64,000 nt of DNA from positions 8,618,001 to 8,682,000 of the forward strand of contig CM022665.1 in the NCBI GenBank assembly GCA_012295275.1, written 5' to 3'. This stretch comes from Chrysomallon squamiferum (lineage: Eukaryota > Animalia > Mollusca). The translations under genes were made by a program, and so were the position numbers. Below the pieces are notes generated by a model, which was given only the letters and a program-made list of their open reading frames with translations, was not told where the DNA came from and did no database searches. Below, piece after piece: positions 1 to 11,167 of the stretch (position 1 is the stretch's first letter; each line of letters starts with the position of its first letter).

Positions 1-128
1 TGGATATATGGTGGTAATTGTTTTAATAACGATAATCATTACGATCTGCGTTGTTGTTGCTGTTATTACTGCTGTTGTTGTTTTATGTCGTCGTCGTCGT
101 TGTTGTTGTTACTGTTTTTGTTATTCAG

Positions 129-3100
129 ATTTTGCCAGAAAACAGTGAGATTATTTTCGGTAAATGGGTAACTCTTGGTTTTACCGATCAGCCAGATTCG
201 AGTTGTCGATCTTATTCTGGAGGTAAGTCAGCTAATTTTAAACATTAGTTTTAAATAACTTCCATATTTGAAACATATTTATTCTGAAGTTGCATTCCAT
301 TATCATTATTATTATTGTTGATGTTGTTGTTGTTATTTATTTATTTATTTTAGTAATAATAAATTTAAATCTTTATTAATGAGAAATCTGATACTAATAA
401 TATTCTTAACAGAGAGAGAGAGAGAAAAAAACGTAATTTCTATTTAAGAATATAAAATGACAAAAAGAACTGCCAACAGAATTAATCACTGTCACATTAA
501 TATATAATAAACGTATATATCTCACATATACACAGAAATATACTAGTTAATATACAGTGAATAGTTATTAAATAAAAGAACTAGTATTATTTTAAAATTC
601 GAGAAGTATATTATAAATGTCAAAAAGCACTGTTATATATACTCCCAATAGTAACTGCAAATTGCTTTTTACACTTTCATTTACTTTCATACTAAATTAC
701 ATTTACTTCTACTAGATGTGGAATTTAACGTAAACAATCCAAGGAAGTGGATCGATCCCGCCAATTGGTGCTCTACAGACACAGAACAAGGTTCCTGTCA
801 ACAAAAACCATTACTGGATTCTGAAAAAATACCTTGTTCTACGGACAATGTAGTTTTCCCCAGGAATCATTTGTTTACCGTAGACCTAGGACAGAATCTA
901 AATTTTCGAATCAATAAACTGAAATTCTCTGGCACAGTGAGTATTTTCTGTATTTAAAACTGTTTCACTGGGAAAACGTTCAGTTATATTACATTTAATC
1001 ATTTACGGGTTCCAATTCGTAAATTGTATTACCTTCAGTGAAACATAATAAAACCAAATAGAGAATCTGCAGTGTTTGCTTATTAATTTTCAGAGTTTTA
1101 GCACGAGAAGTTTCCAACGGTATCTGGCTAGCCCAGATGGCAGGAGAATTTTCCCTCCACCGTCTGGGTCATCTCGGTCTACGGTCACGATTGCCAGACG
1201 TCCATCTAGTTGCGCTGACCGCACTGGGTGTGCTTCTGGTAATGATTATGGACAGGTTTGTTTTATAAAAATATATATATATATATACTAGCTGATGCTT
1301 CTTTGTGTTGTTAATTTGTAAAACTGGCAAAGAATGCTAATTTTATTTTAATAATTTATTTTGGTGCTAAATATTTTACAGTTTACAAATAAAAAGAAGA
1401 ATGAAAATGGAAAAGTGAACATTATAATCAGTAACCTTGGTCATTAAAAAAAAAAAAAAAAAACATTAATCACTTATATTTGATAACAGTGTAGAAATTG
1501 CGAAAAACCTATTCGTAAAAAAAACCTATTAGGAACATGTACGGCGGTCCTTTCCCAGGGCAGACCAGTGTTAAATAAGATCTGTGTGTTTTTACTTACA
1601 GATTTTCTCCCAGCTTTGTGCTATCATAACAAATAGGTGTGAAAGAGCGATGTGCAAAATGCTATACAACCAACAGGATCTTGTTGCAGGATGTGTGGTA
1701 AATTATTTAACTGTTTATCTTGCATCTCATCCAGACAGACGGACAAAGCAACATACAATTTTTTTTTTTTTTAAAACCCCAAAATGATAAATTAATAATA
1801 ATAATAATAATAAACGGACATAATGCTAAATAAGTGATTTCGTTAATTAATTGCTTGTTCATTATTTATTTTGAAAACTAATTTATTTCCTATTACAGTT
1901 CGATACGCCAGTGACTAACAGACATTTAGTTTCTTTTATTTAAATATACATATTAAATTTTAAAATGATTTACTGAAAATTGTAATTTATTTTACAGGCG
2001 CTGTTTTTAATGCAACCATTGCTCCCGCTTCAGGATTTCGTTTCAACGACTACAAAAATTTGTTTCAAGGATTTATTAACAACAGTCAGGTATAAATTAT
2101 CAGATCAAAATTCCGGGGACTATATTAACAACTTAAAAAATATTTAAATTTTAAATTAATTTTTGTTTTGAATATACAAAAAAATTGGATGATACAATAT
2201 ATGAAATAAAACGTTCGATATTTTTCAGATTCAGGTACGTTGTAAAAACAAATTTAGACCACCTTTGATTATATTTTAAAATAACAATTTATTTTTTAAA
2301 ACGTTTCTTCTGTTAAATTTCACTGCTACATTTTAAAAGAAATATAATTAAAATTAAGTCTTTATTTTATTTATTTATTTTTGATTTGTAATAAAATTCA
2401 CTTTATCTTGAAATAATAATTACTTGCCTCTTTTCTGTAATTCTGGACCCGCTCCTAATACTAACAATATTCCACACAATGTTACCAGGGCAGCAGAAAT
2501 GTGTCTCTGATAGCCTCAAAGGTCCACGGTGGTTATATTCAAATGGTTTTGACAGATACGACAGGTGAAGCAAGCATAAGAGTGGCCGCATCAATTCGTG
2601 ATGACATCGATACAGGCAAAATCATACTACTACTACTTCTACTATTACTACTACTAATATCACTACTTCTACTACTACTACTGCTACTATTACTGTTACT
2701 GTTGATATTATTACTATTATTATTATTATTATTATGAATAATATTATAAAATAAATAAATAAATAGAAATGTTATTACTCAAAAACTGGAACGTTTGATT
2801 AAAAATTCATGGTGGTATAGTTTCAGTAATTTGCTCAATAAATGAAAAATGATTCTTGATGTTGTGACTTTATGAATATTTTGTCTATTTCTGAAGTACT
2901 TGGACAACTATTGTTGTCAACCAGATCATAAAGTCATAACTCACACAACTTACTTCATAAATGGATAAATAATCAAGATAGCCGACGACTGTAAGACATC
3001 TTAAAACTAATGTTTTTATAGATCAAAGAAATGGCGGACATAAATACAGAATAGAAAGTTACCAACTTACAACATCTGGAAATGGAATTCCCACAACTAC

Positions 3101-3298
3101 TATATCATCTACTATAGCCAGTACTACAGCGACATCAGCATCTCAACGTACCAGTCATACGCCGGTTTCTATCAGTGGAAGTACTGGTGTTAGTGGAGGT
3201 CCGCCTGCATCACAAAGTCCTCTTGGTCAAAAGGGTAATTAGTTCCATTTCATTTTTTAAATTTTTTTTAACAAATATAACTGAAATACATACATACA

Positions 3299-3332
<34 letters not shown>

Positions 3333-4179
3333 AATGCAAGAAGCAGCGCTATATACGTTTTTCTCTCTTACTTTATTTTTCTTTTTCCACAATGAATTCA
3401 TTTTATCTTAGAAGTTCTAAGTGAGACTGGCATTAACTCCCTTTTAGAAATCGTGACACCTACCTCGGATATTAATGAAACTTCATAAATGTAAAAATTA
3501 AAATACAGTATGCAATATCGAAAATGTTTCACATGAATAACATTATCTGAAGATTGAAAAGATTCACATAAAAACACATCCTATATTTTGTTTTATTTTC
3601 GGTTAAAAGTTATAGTTACATAATAAATGATAATGCTGACTGTCTGTTTGGTTTCCCTGAAAAACAAACAAAATAATAATAATACTTTTATATACAGAGT
3701 TCTGTACAAATATGCATTTTGCTGTATGTTGACTACAAATTAATGTTGTTCTGTATATTTTCTTCTTTTCAGGTACGAAAGGAATGTCCGGAGGATCTGT
3801 GGCTGGGCTGGTTATTGGACTAATGTTGCTAATCGCTATAGTTGCCGTCATCGCCTTCTTCTTATACAGAAAAAGAATAGGGTAACAATCCCGTTTACAT
3901 ATTAATGTAACAAAAACAAAACAAAAAATATATATATAAATAATAATAATAATAATAATAATAGCAATAAAAACAGCAGCAGCAGCAGTAATAATTCCAG
4001 CAAAGATTTTTTTTTTTTTTTTTTTTTCGTGGTGTGTGTATGTGTGCGTGCGTGTTTTGTTTGTTTTTGTTTTTAGGGATGTTTATTATTATTATTACGT
4101 TATTTCTTTATTTCTTCTACAACTTTTTAAATTTAATATTATTTTATTATTATCAATAACAGGAACAACAACAACAACA

Positions 4180-4210
<31 letters not shown>

Positions 4211-5248
4211 TCATGCATTAATAAATTAAATAAATAAACACAGTTAGTAAAATCTTTCTTTCAAAATAATTTAAATTATCTATCATGAAAATTCTAAAAA
4301 TATTCTTAAAATGCTAAAGAATCCGAATTTTAAAACTTAAAATGTCTTTCTTCTGTCTTTTTTCAGACGACCAATTGACACGAGAGAATATCTGGACAAT
4401 CTCAATCCAAGAACATTACTCACTAAAGGCGCGAGCGTATTCCGGTCTTCAAGCAGACGACAGCCGGATTCCGAATTACGGACAGCAGATCCTGGCTTTC
4501 CTAATCCACTTTATGGAACTACTGAACAGTCTATGGTTAGAAAATTAATACGCTATCATCTATATTAAACGCCTTCATCATTAACACATTTCATTAAGTA
4601 ATAAATTAAAGAGTTATTTATTTCATCTCGAAAGTTATATCCAACACACTGTTTTTCTTAAAGAAAAAAAGAAAAAAGAAAAAAAAAGTATGACTTTTTC
4701 TTTTTTTTTTCTAATGCGCGCGAATATTTAATAAAATAACAGTTAAGAGACGTTTTATCTCTATTTTATTTTTAACATTGATTTCATGATCTTCTTTTCA
4801 GGGAGCAGCAATGCCTCCCATGGAACTTATGCCAATAGAAGAACAACCCACTTTTGACGTCAGTGATTCTGGATTCAATAATCCACTCTATGGAACTATC
4901 GGTCAGGTTGGTTCACTGTTTTACTGAGTAGCTGATCAGTCTAATTTTGTCTTTACTTCTTCCTAATTTTCAGTAGGTTGGCAAGGTTGACTCGATATTT
5001 TATTGAGAAGCTCTGCCCTATATTTGTATTTATTCCAGTCTTAAAATTTATTTAAATTTTTCCCCCCAAATCAATAATTTCGTGCGTGCGTATGTATGTG
5101 TGACGTTGTTTGTATTGGTATAATTTATAATATTTAACCTATTAAGAATGTGAAGAAATGCTGAGAAACATTCCTATTTCTTTTTCAGAATGAACCACAA
5201 TTCCAGGATCCAAGTTCAACTAATATACCTGATAGCAGCACTATTTAA
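129..5248 (+). CDS. AMN: Amnionless-like type I membrane protein (cubam co-receptor), 5'-partial: the gene begins upstream of the window. Exons 129-222, 716-936, 1094-1255, 1602-1697, 1998-2089, (2229-2234?), 2489-2615, 3022-3234, 3773-3881, 4367-4535, 4802-4906, 5189-5248
   Basis: The spliced translation has AMN hallmarks: ILPENSEIIF, WIDPANW, EKIPCSTDNVVFP, CADRTGCASGN, a Cys-rich C..AIQPTGSCCRMCG segment, IASKV..IQMVL, a TM helix (GGSVAGLVIGLMLLIAIVAVIAFFLYRKR) and two cytoplasmic FxNPxY motifs. Exon phases join except for a 1-nt deficit in exon 1602-1697. Stop TAA at 5246-5248, AATAAA at 5412. Confidence 0.9.
2625..2735. repeat. (CTA/TTA)n microsatellite in an AMN intron. Similar tracts at 50-115, 3286-3328 (CATA)n, 3940-3990, 4165-4210 and 5446-5497
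   Basis: Visible simple repeats that create poly-Leu ORF artefacts. Confidence 0.9.
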
Positions 5249-5454
5249 CCAGTATTCAACCAAGAACTTCAATTTAATTATGATTTAAATCAGCTGCAGA
5301 AGATCACTTCAAAGCTACACCTGATTACATACATATGTAGATGTACCGATAAACTCGAAATTTTGTAACATTTTCTCTGTCGCGTAATTTTGGCGAGAAT
5401 ATTTTTTTTTAAATAAAAATGATGAAGCTTGAAATTTAATGTTTTTTGTTGTTG

Positions 5455-5498
<44 letters not shown>

Positions 5499-6291
5499 TC
5501 TTATTAATTATTACTTCTTTTTTCTTTTCTTTTCTTTTTGTAACAATAATACACTTAAGTTCAGAAAAATAATATATTTTAGAGAATTAGTAATGAAATA
5601 TGTATTTCAGACAATTCGATGTCATAATTTAAAATTCTCAATTCCCAAAACATACATAAAATCATATTTTGGTGTTTCAAACGCAATATTTTGTAAAATA
5701 CCATATCTCACATTTATTATTAGTTTTATGAGATGCAAAATGTATTTTATTTACGTCCATCAATGAACTCGATATGTTTGCAGTTGTGTTTTAGGAGAAA
5801 GACGTGATGCTTGCTATGGCATTGCCCATCCTTGATGATTTATGTAGGTATGTGATAAAAAAAATTCAAGCACCCTCAGCTTCAACATAAATAACATTGT
5901 TGAAAAGAACTCTAAAATCCCTGTAAAAGACAACAAACATCATGTGATTCTGTTGAATATTAAGGAAGTTACAGCATTTTAAAGTTTTCAATTAAAACTA
6001 ATTAACTCTTCTATTATTTACTGCATTTGCATTACAATTGCATGACCAAAATCGTATTGTTTTTCACTAAAATGCATGTAACTTTCTTAAGAATCAAATT
6101 TTATTGGTGAAATTTGGAATGAAGATAGATGGTAACTAGTTCTCTCAATTCAAGCTATTAAAACTGCAATATAAATAATTAGTAGTACAGTAGATTTTAA
6201 TTAGTCTAATTTGGCCACTTCAATTAGCTGAAAAAGTTCCAACAAGAATCATACAGAAAAAGAGTTGTCCACTCGCTGCATTTCATGAATA

Positions 6292-6508
6292 TACTGGGTT
6301 GAGCAATAAGTCCTTGCGGCTCATAGTTGATTCAAATTTATTGCAGAGGCATCGAAAAACTGGTTGACCATTGGGAAGAAGTGTTAAATAACAACGAAAA
6401 GTACATTATTGATTAAATTACATCGTCTTATCAGTTAAGCTTAAGTTTTCTTCTATGTAATTTATATAAATTTAATTTAACCGCAGAGATTTATTCCTCA
6501 ACCCAATA
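6292..6508 (+). mobile_element. Internally deleted mariner (Tc1/mariner) non-autonomous element
   Basis: The ends tactgggttgagcaataagtccttgcgg (6292-6319) and the reverse complement of 6481-6508 (tattgggttgaggaataaatctctgcgg) match at 23/28, both starting with TA. The interior encodes RGIEKLVDHWEEVLNNNEKYIID*, a mariner transposase C-terminus. Confidence 0.8.
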
Positions 6509-6509
6509 T

Positions 6510-7310
6510 TCATCATATGTTTCTGTGACCAATATGCCACAACACACTTACGTCCCTTAGCCTTCATTTTTTCAATTCTGCCATTGTAAAGAATTTGGTG
6601 CCCATCTTCAAACCATACATGACAAATGTTACAGCCAACGGATTTGCCTTCCAACAATTCCTTGAGTTGTGTAAAAACATTCATCCACGGTCCCGTTAAC
6701 ATTTCGTCTAACAGGCCTAACACCTGCATTTCAACTTGCCCTGTTACTGAAACAGTCGGCCAAGACACTAGCATGCAATCCACCACAAGATATTTCTTGA
6801 ACAATGAATGATGCTGAATATATATATCTGAAACAGAACATGAAGACGATTACCCGGAGAACGATTCCACGAGGGAGGTTGTGGTCATCAAGAAAAGCCT
6901 TGAACCTCCGGGGATCGCCCTTACTATCCTTAAACTGGAGTAATGATGTTTGAAGCACAGCAGTCATTTCCCCAAATCTGTCCCTGTGCACCTCCTTCAC
7001 ATTCCTTCAGTACTGATCTAGCTTTTGTATCTATGGAGTCCAAAGGGTGTAAATGACAGTTTAACTCGTTTAAAGTCTTGGCTCAGGAAACGTTCACTAG
7101 CTGTACTGAAGCATGGTTTGCTGCACACCGGTGAGTAAGACTGTTGGATATATTTGAAATTAACCCCTGGCGTATGGTTTGATAGTCTTTATCAAAGAAA
7201 TGACATTACACCATGGCCAAGTTACAAACTGAATTACAGATGTGCTCATGATAGTCATTGGCTGTACCTCCAGGTAGCTGATCGGCAGCAACGACAGAGC
7301 ATATATATGT
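6510..7310 (-). mobile_element. Decayed, frameshifted DNA-transposase-like coding remnant (CxxH type; family not assigned)
   Basis: Minus-strand fragments in shifting frames: DQLPGGTANDYHEHICNSV, LTHRCAANHASV, LNELNCHLHPLDSI (CxxH), SKGDPRRFKAFL, RGNRLHVLF, EMQVLGLLDEMLTGPWM. Intronless, with stops and frameshifts. Confidence 0.5.
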
Positions 7311-7793
7311 TGCTTGGCAATACCAGTCCTTGGATTGGGGAATTTTCTTTTCCGCTTCATGCTAGGCATTCTGAAAAGAAGGCCAACATAATAATAATTA
7401 TTATAATTACTAAATTTTGAAATTAGCTCAGTATTTTATGTTTGTTGTAGAACTGGTGTGGTGCATGTGGATACAGAGTGTAAATATGTTTTTAATAAAA
7501 TTGTCTGTAAGTCCCTTTGATGAGAGGACGCCTGCTGAGCCTCAGAAGTGTCCCTACAAGACAGTACCACTGTATAATCATAACATGGCAAATATTGAAC
7601 AGATAATTGTCCATACGTAAACAGTCGATAAAACACGAACTTTTGATTTCACGAAAATACCCGACGTTTTCCGAATGGACGTAAACAAGCATAAACATGA
7701 TTTTCGCTGTCCACACTGACAACAGAAAAACAAATTTTGTCCTTTTCTAATGCCAACTTTAAAAAGCATGAAATGATTTCACAATTAAGCAAA

Positions 7794-10048
7794 ATGCTGA
7801 CGAGTTCTGCCTGTTATACAAATGAAATTCTCAGCAAAGAGGAAGTGAATAAAATATGTGATTCCCTGAAAAACGAACAGTTGAGAATGGTTTGTTTGCG
7901 GCAGTGTAAAGTTAGTGACAGCGGATTTAAACGAATAATGAAACAATGCGGTACATCTAAATATTTATTGCAGCTGACACTTAATTTAGGAATTGTAGCA
8001 GATCAAAACAGAATTGAACTTCTTGGACAGGCTTTACGAAAAAATAAAACGTTAAAAGGTTTACTGTAAGGGAACATTTTTTTTAAAATTTTAATTTAAT
8101 TTGAAATTAGATTTTATTCCTCATTTACTAATGTCATTGTTAATCCAAACTAGAATCGTTTTATTATATATGGACCTTCATTTCCTTACATATTACATAT
8201 TTAAATTTATAAATAAAACAAATGGACTATTTATTAACAAGTTTAAATACTGATGATGCTATAAATAATAAATCTTTCAGCATTAAGTCATTAAGATTAA
8301 TAGGTAATTTACTTAAAAACAACACGTGCAAGTATAGTTACGTGTTAAGAAGCAGTACAGACAAATAATTGTTTTAATATTAAAAATCATTCTAGTAGTT
8401 ATTTAATATCAATCTAGAAGAACAGATAATAGACTCCTTTTTTTTTTCTATTCTTTTTTCTTTTGTTGTTTTGTATCTTGTTACCTGTATTGTTACAGAA
8501 TCCATGGAAATCCAATTGGTGATGATGGTCTTAAGATAGTGACAGAAGCTCTTAGTAAGAATCATAACATCAGCAGTTTGGATATTGGTGACTGTCAGCT
8601 TGGTGATGCATCAATAAAATATTTAAAACCACTTCTGAATCCTGAAGATGAAACACCTGGTAAAAATTTAATAAAATTATATACGTAGGAATACACACAC
8701 GTGCACATATCTAGTTTTATTATATACACAAGATTAATGTATATATTCTCTTCAGCACCCCATTAGTTTTTTTTTTTTTTTATTACTATTACTATTTTCT
8801 TCAATAAACAAAAATACCCATCATTTATTCATTTCCTGATTAAATGTGTAAATATCTAAATACCAGTTTTTTAATCTTTCTCAAAAAGATGTTTCCAAAA
8901 AAAGAAAATAAAAGTGTTAAGTAATTTAATTCTGGTTTATAATTTTATTAATTTTAATCATCTCTATTTGATTAACTTGAAGGTCTAACTGAACTGACTA
9001 TTAGTGGTAATGTCAACATCACAGATCATGGATGGGCTGTTCTGGCTATGTGTATTTCAACTTCTCCATGTCTGAGGTCTTTGTATGTCGACTACAACAA
9101 ACTTGGTGACAATGGTGCTAGTTGTCTCCTCATTGCTGCAGCTGCTAGTCAGATGATTGAAGTTCTAGATCTAGAAGGAACTGATCTGACTGAAAAAACT
9201 GGAAAAGTAAGGGATTTTATAATTTTATAATCGTTCATGAATTGGAATGCAATAATGATTTTTCACTGAAGTGAAATAAATGTTATTATTTGAATGTTTA
9301 TTTTTCATATTATGGTACCATTCATTAAGAAGTAATCGATTATGATGACTTTCAAATATCTTATTTAATACTTTTGTGTGTGATCAAGATTTTTGTGAAA
9401 ATTATTTTATTACATTTAATTTCAAATAGTTGTGTCTGTTTTTCATCAAAGTGAAAAATAATGTGAATGAATAGTTTTCTTAATATACACAAGAGATATT
9501 ACTTATTTTAATAATAGGTGCTAGAGTATTCTGTTCTTACTACTTTTTATAATCATTTTGATTAAAAAAAAAAAAAAATGTATTTAGTTTATTTATTCCA
9601 GCTTGTCATGGAACTTGTCCAAACTTACCCAGGACGATTGAGAAAAGTGTCTTTAGTTGGAAACAAAGTTCGTAAAAGTACTATGGCAGTGATTAACAAT
9701 ATACTGAAAAGTAATGCAGATTCTGACGAAGTGCAAGAGACCAGTGAAGATGACCTGTGGACAGCATCAACAGACTGGACATCTGAAACTGGCACCAGTA
9801 CTGAAGCATCTGCTACAAAGACTTCTAGTACCAGGAGTGCTTCTGGTACTGAGTCTAACTCAGGATCAGAGTCATCATCATCTGAAAAATCCAGCTCTGG
9901 ATCAAGTCAGACTGGTACTGTTAAAGGTAGTGATAAAGAAACAGCCATGTCTCAGAATAATGAGGATAAAAATGTGAATAAAAACAGTGAAGAAGAAAAG
10001 GAAGATGATTCTGAGGAAGAATTAAAAGAGGTTCCAGTGTATTGGTGA
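7794..10048 (+). CDS. LRRC73: Leucine-rich repeat-containing protein 73. Exons 7794-8065, 8499-8659, 8983-9206, 9602-10048
   Basis: MLTSSA..LSKEEVNKICDSL..LTLNLGIV..IHGNPIGDDGL..LDIGDCQLGD..LYVDYNKLGD..IEVLDLEGTDLT..YPGRLRKVSL is collinear with vertebrate LRRC73. All introns are GT-AG and in phase. Ser/acidic C-terminal tail. An in-frame ATG at 7773 is an alternative start. Confidence 0.88.
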
Positions 10049-11167
10049 ACCAATAAAATTGATAGCCAATTATTTAATAGCCTTGATGAGCAAGTTAAAG
10101 TGTATCTTCGGTGTTATTTGATATATATATATATGTAAGTGGCTTAATATGTTACACATATTTGCAAGTTGCTGTTTTATAACCAATTTTTCCTAATGAA
10201 ATATAACAATTACCTCATGAAGTGATAATTTTATAGTTGTTGGATTCTCCAGTTTTAATGGACATTCCTAAATGGTAAAATATCAGACACACCCCATCAC
10301 AACAAAATTTATATTTATGGTAGCAATTAATTAAAAATGGATGGCCATAAAAATGCATCACTTGGTGGTATAGTAATGTCTAATTTTAATGTACACATTT
10401 ATAAATATTTATATATTTTTATTGTTTAGTTGACTAGTGGGTGTTAAAAATGGCTTCATAGACAGTCTATATTTTAACAGGAACCATTCATCCATCTACA
10501 TTAACAGGATACAAACAGCAGCCACAGTTTATGTTGTTAGTTTTATATCTTGAATTGTGGAAATGATGTGCTTGTTAATTAGTGACGTTAAGTATTGTTC
10601 ATTAAAATTGATGTTTATCCACATTTAATTAAATGTGCCAAATAAAAAAAAAAATTTACAGTGTCCTGAGAACACAAACATTTTTGTCCTCCACCTTTAT
10701 TTTTCTCTGAGTAAGCCAAGCAAATAATTGTCACTTTTTGTGTGAACAATGCAAAATAAAAAATAACTCTGTAATGAATGGCATGAATATCTTAGTGACT
10801 TTTATTTTATAAGCTTTTTATGAATACTGAACATTTCTTAAATTTAATCAAAACATTTTTGCATCATTTCAGAATTAGCCTCAATTATTTTTAAACAATT
10901 AAATACATTTGAAACTATGAATTGTTATTAATACTGAACATGTGTTTTCACTGAAAACATATTCCCTACTGCTAAACTAATTGATCAGTAATAATATTTT
11001 TCCAGTTGACCAAGATCTTTGAAAACCAGTCCTTGGGTATGTTGAGGAAGGTTGATCTTATGACCTGTTATCTCTCATTAACTGCACATAAACATGCAAC
11101 AAAACAGATTACTGTAAGAGATAAATAATTTATTGTTGTTGGTTTTGTTTTTATTCTAGATGATTTG

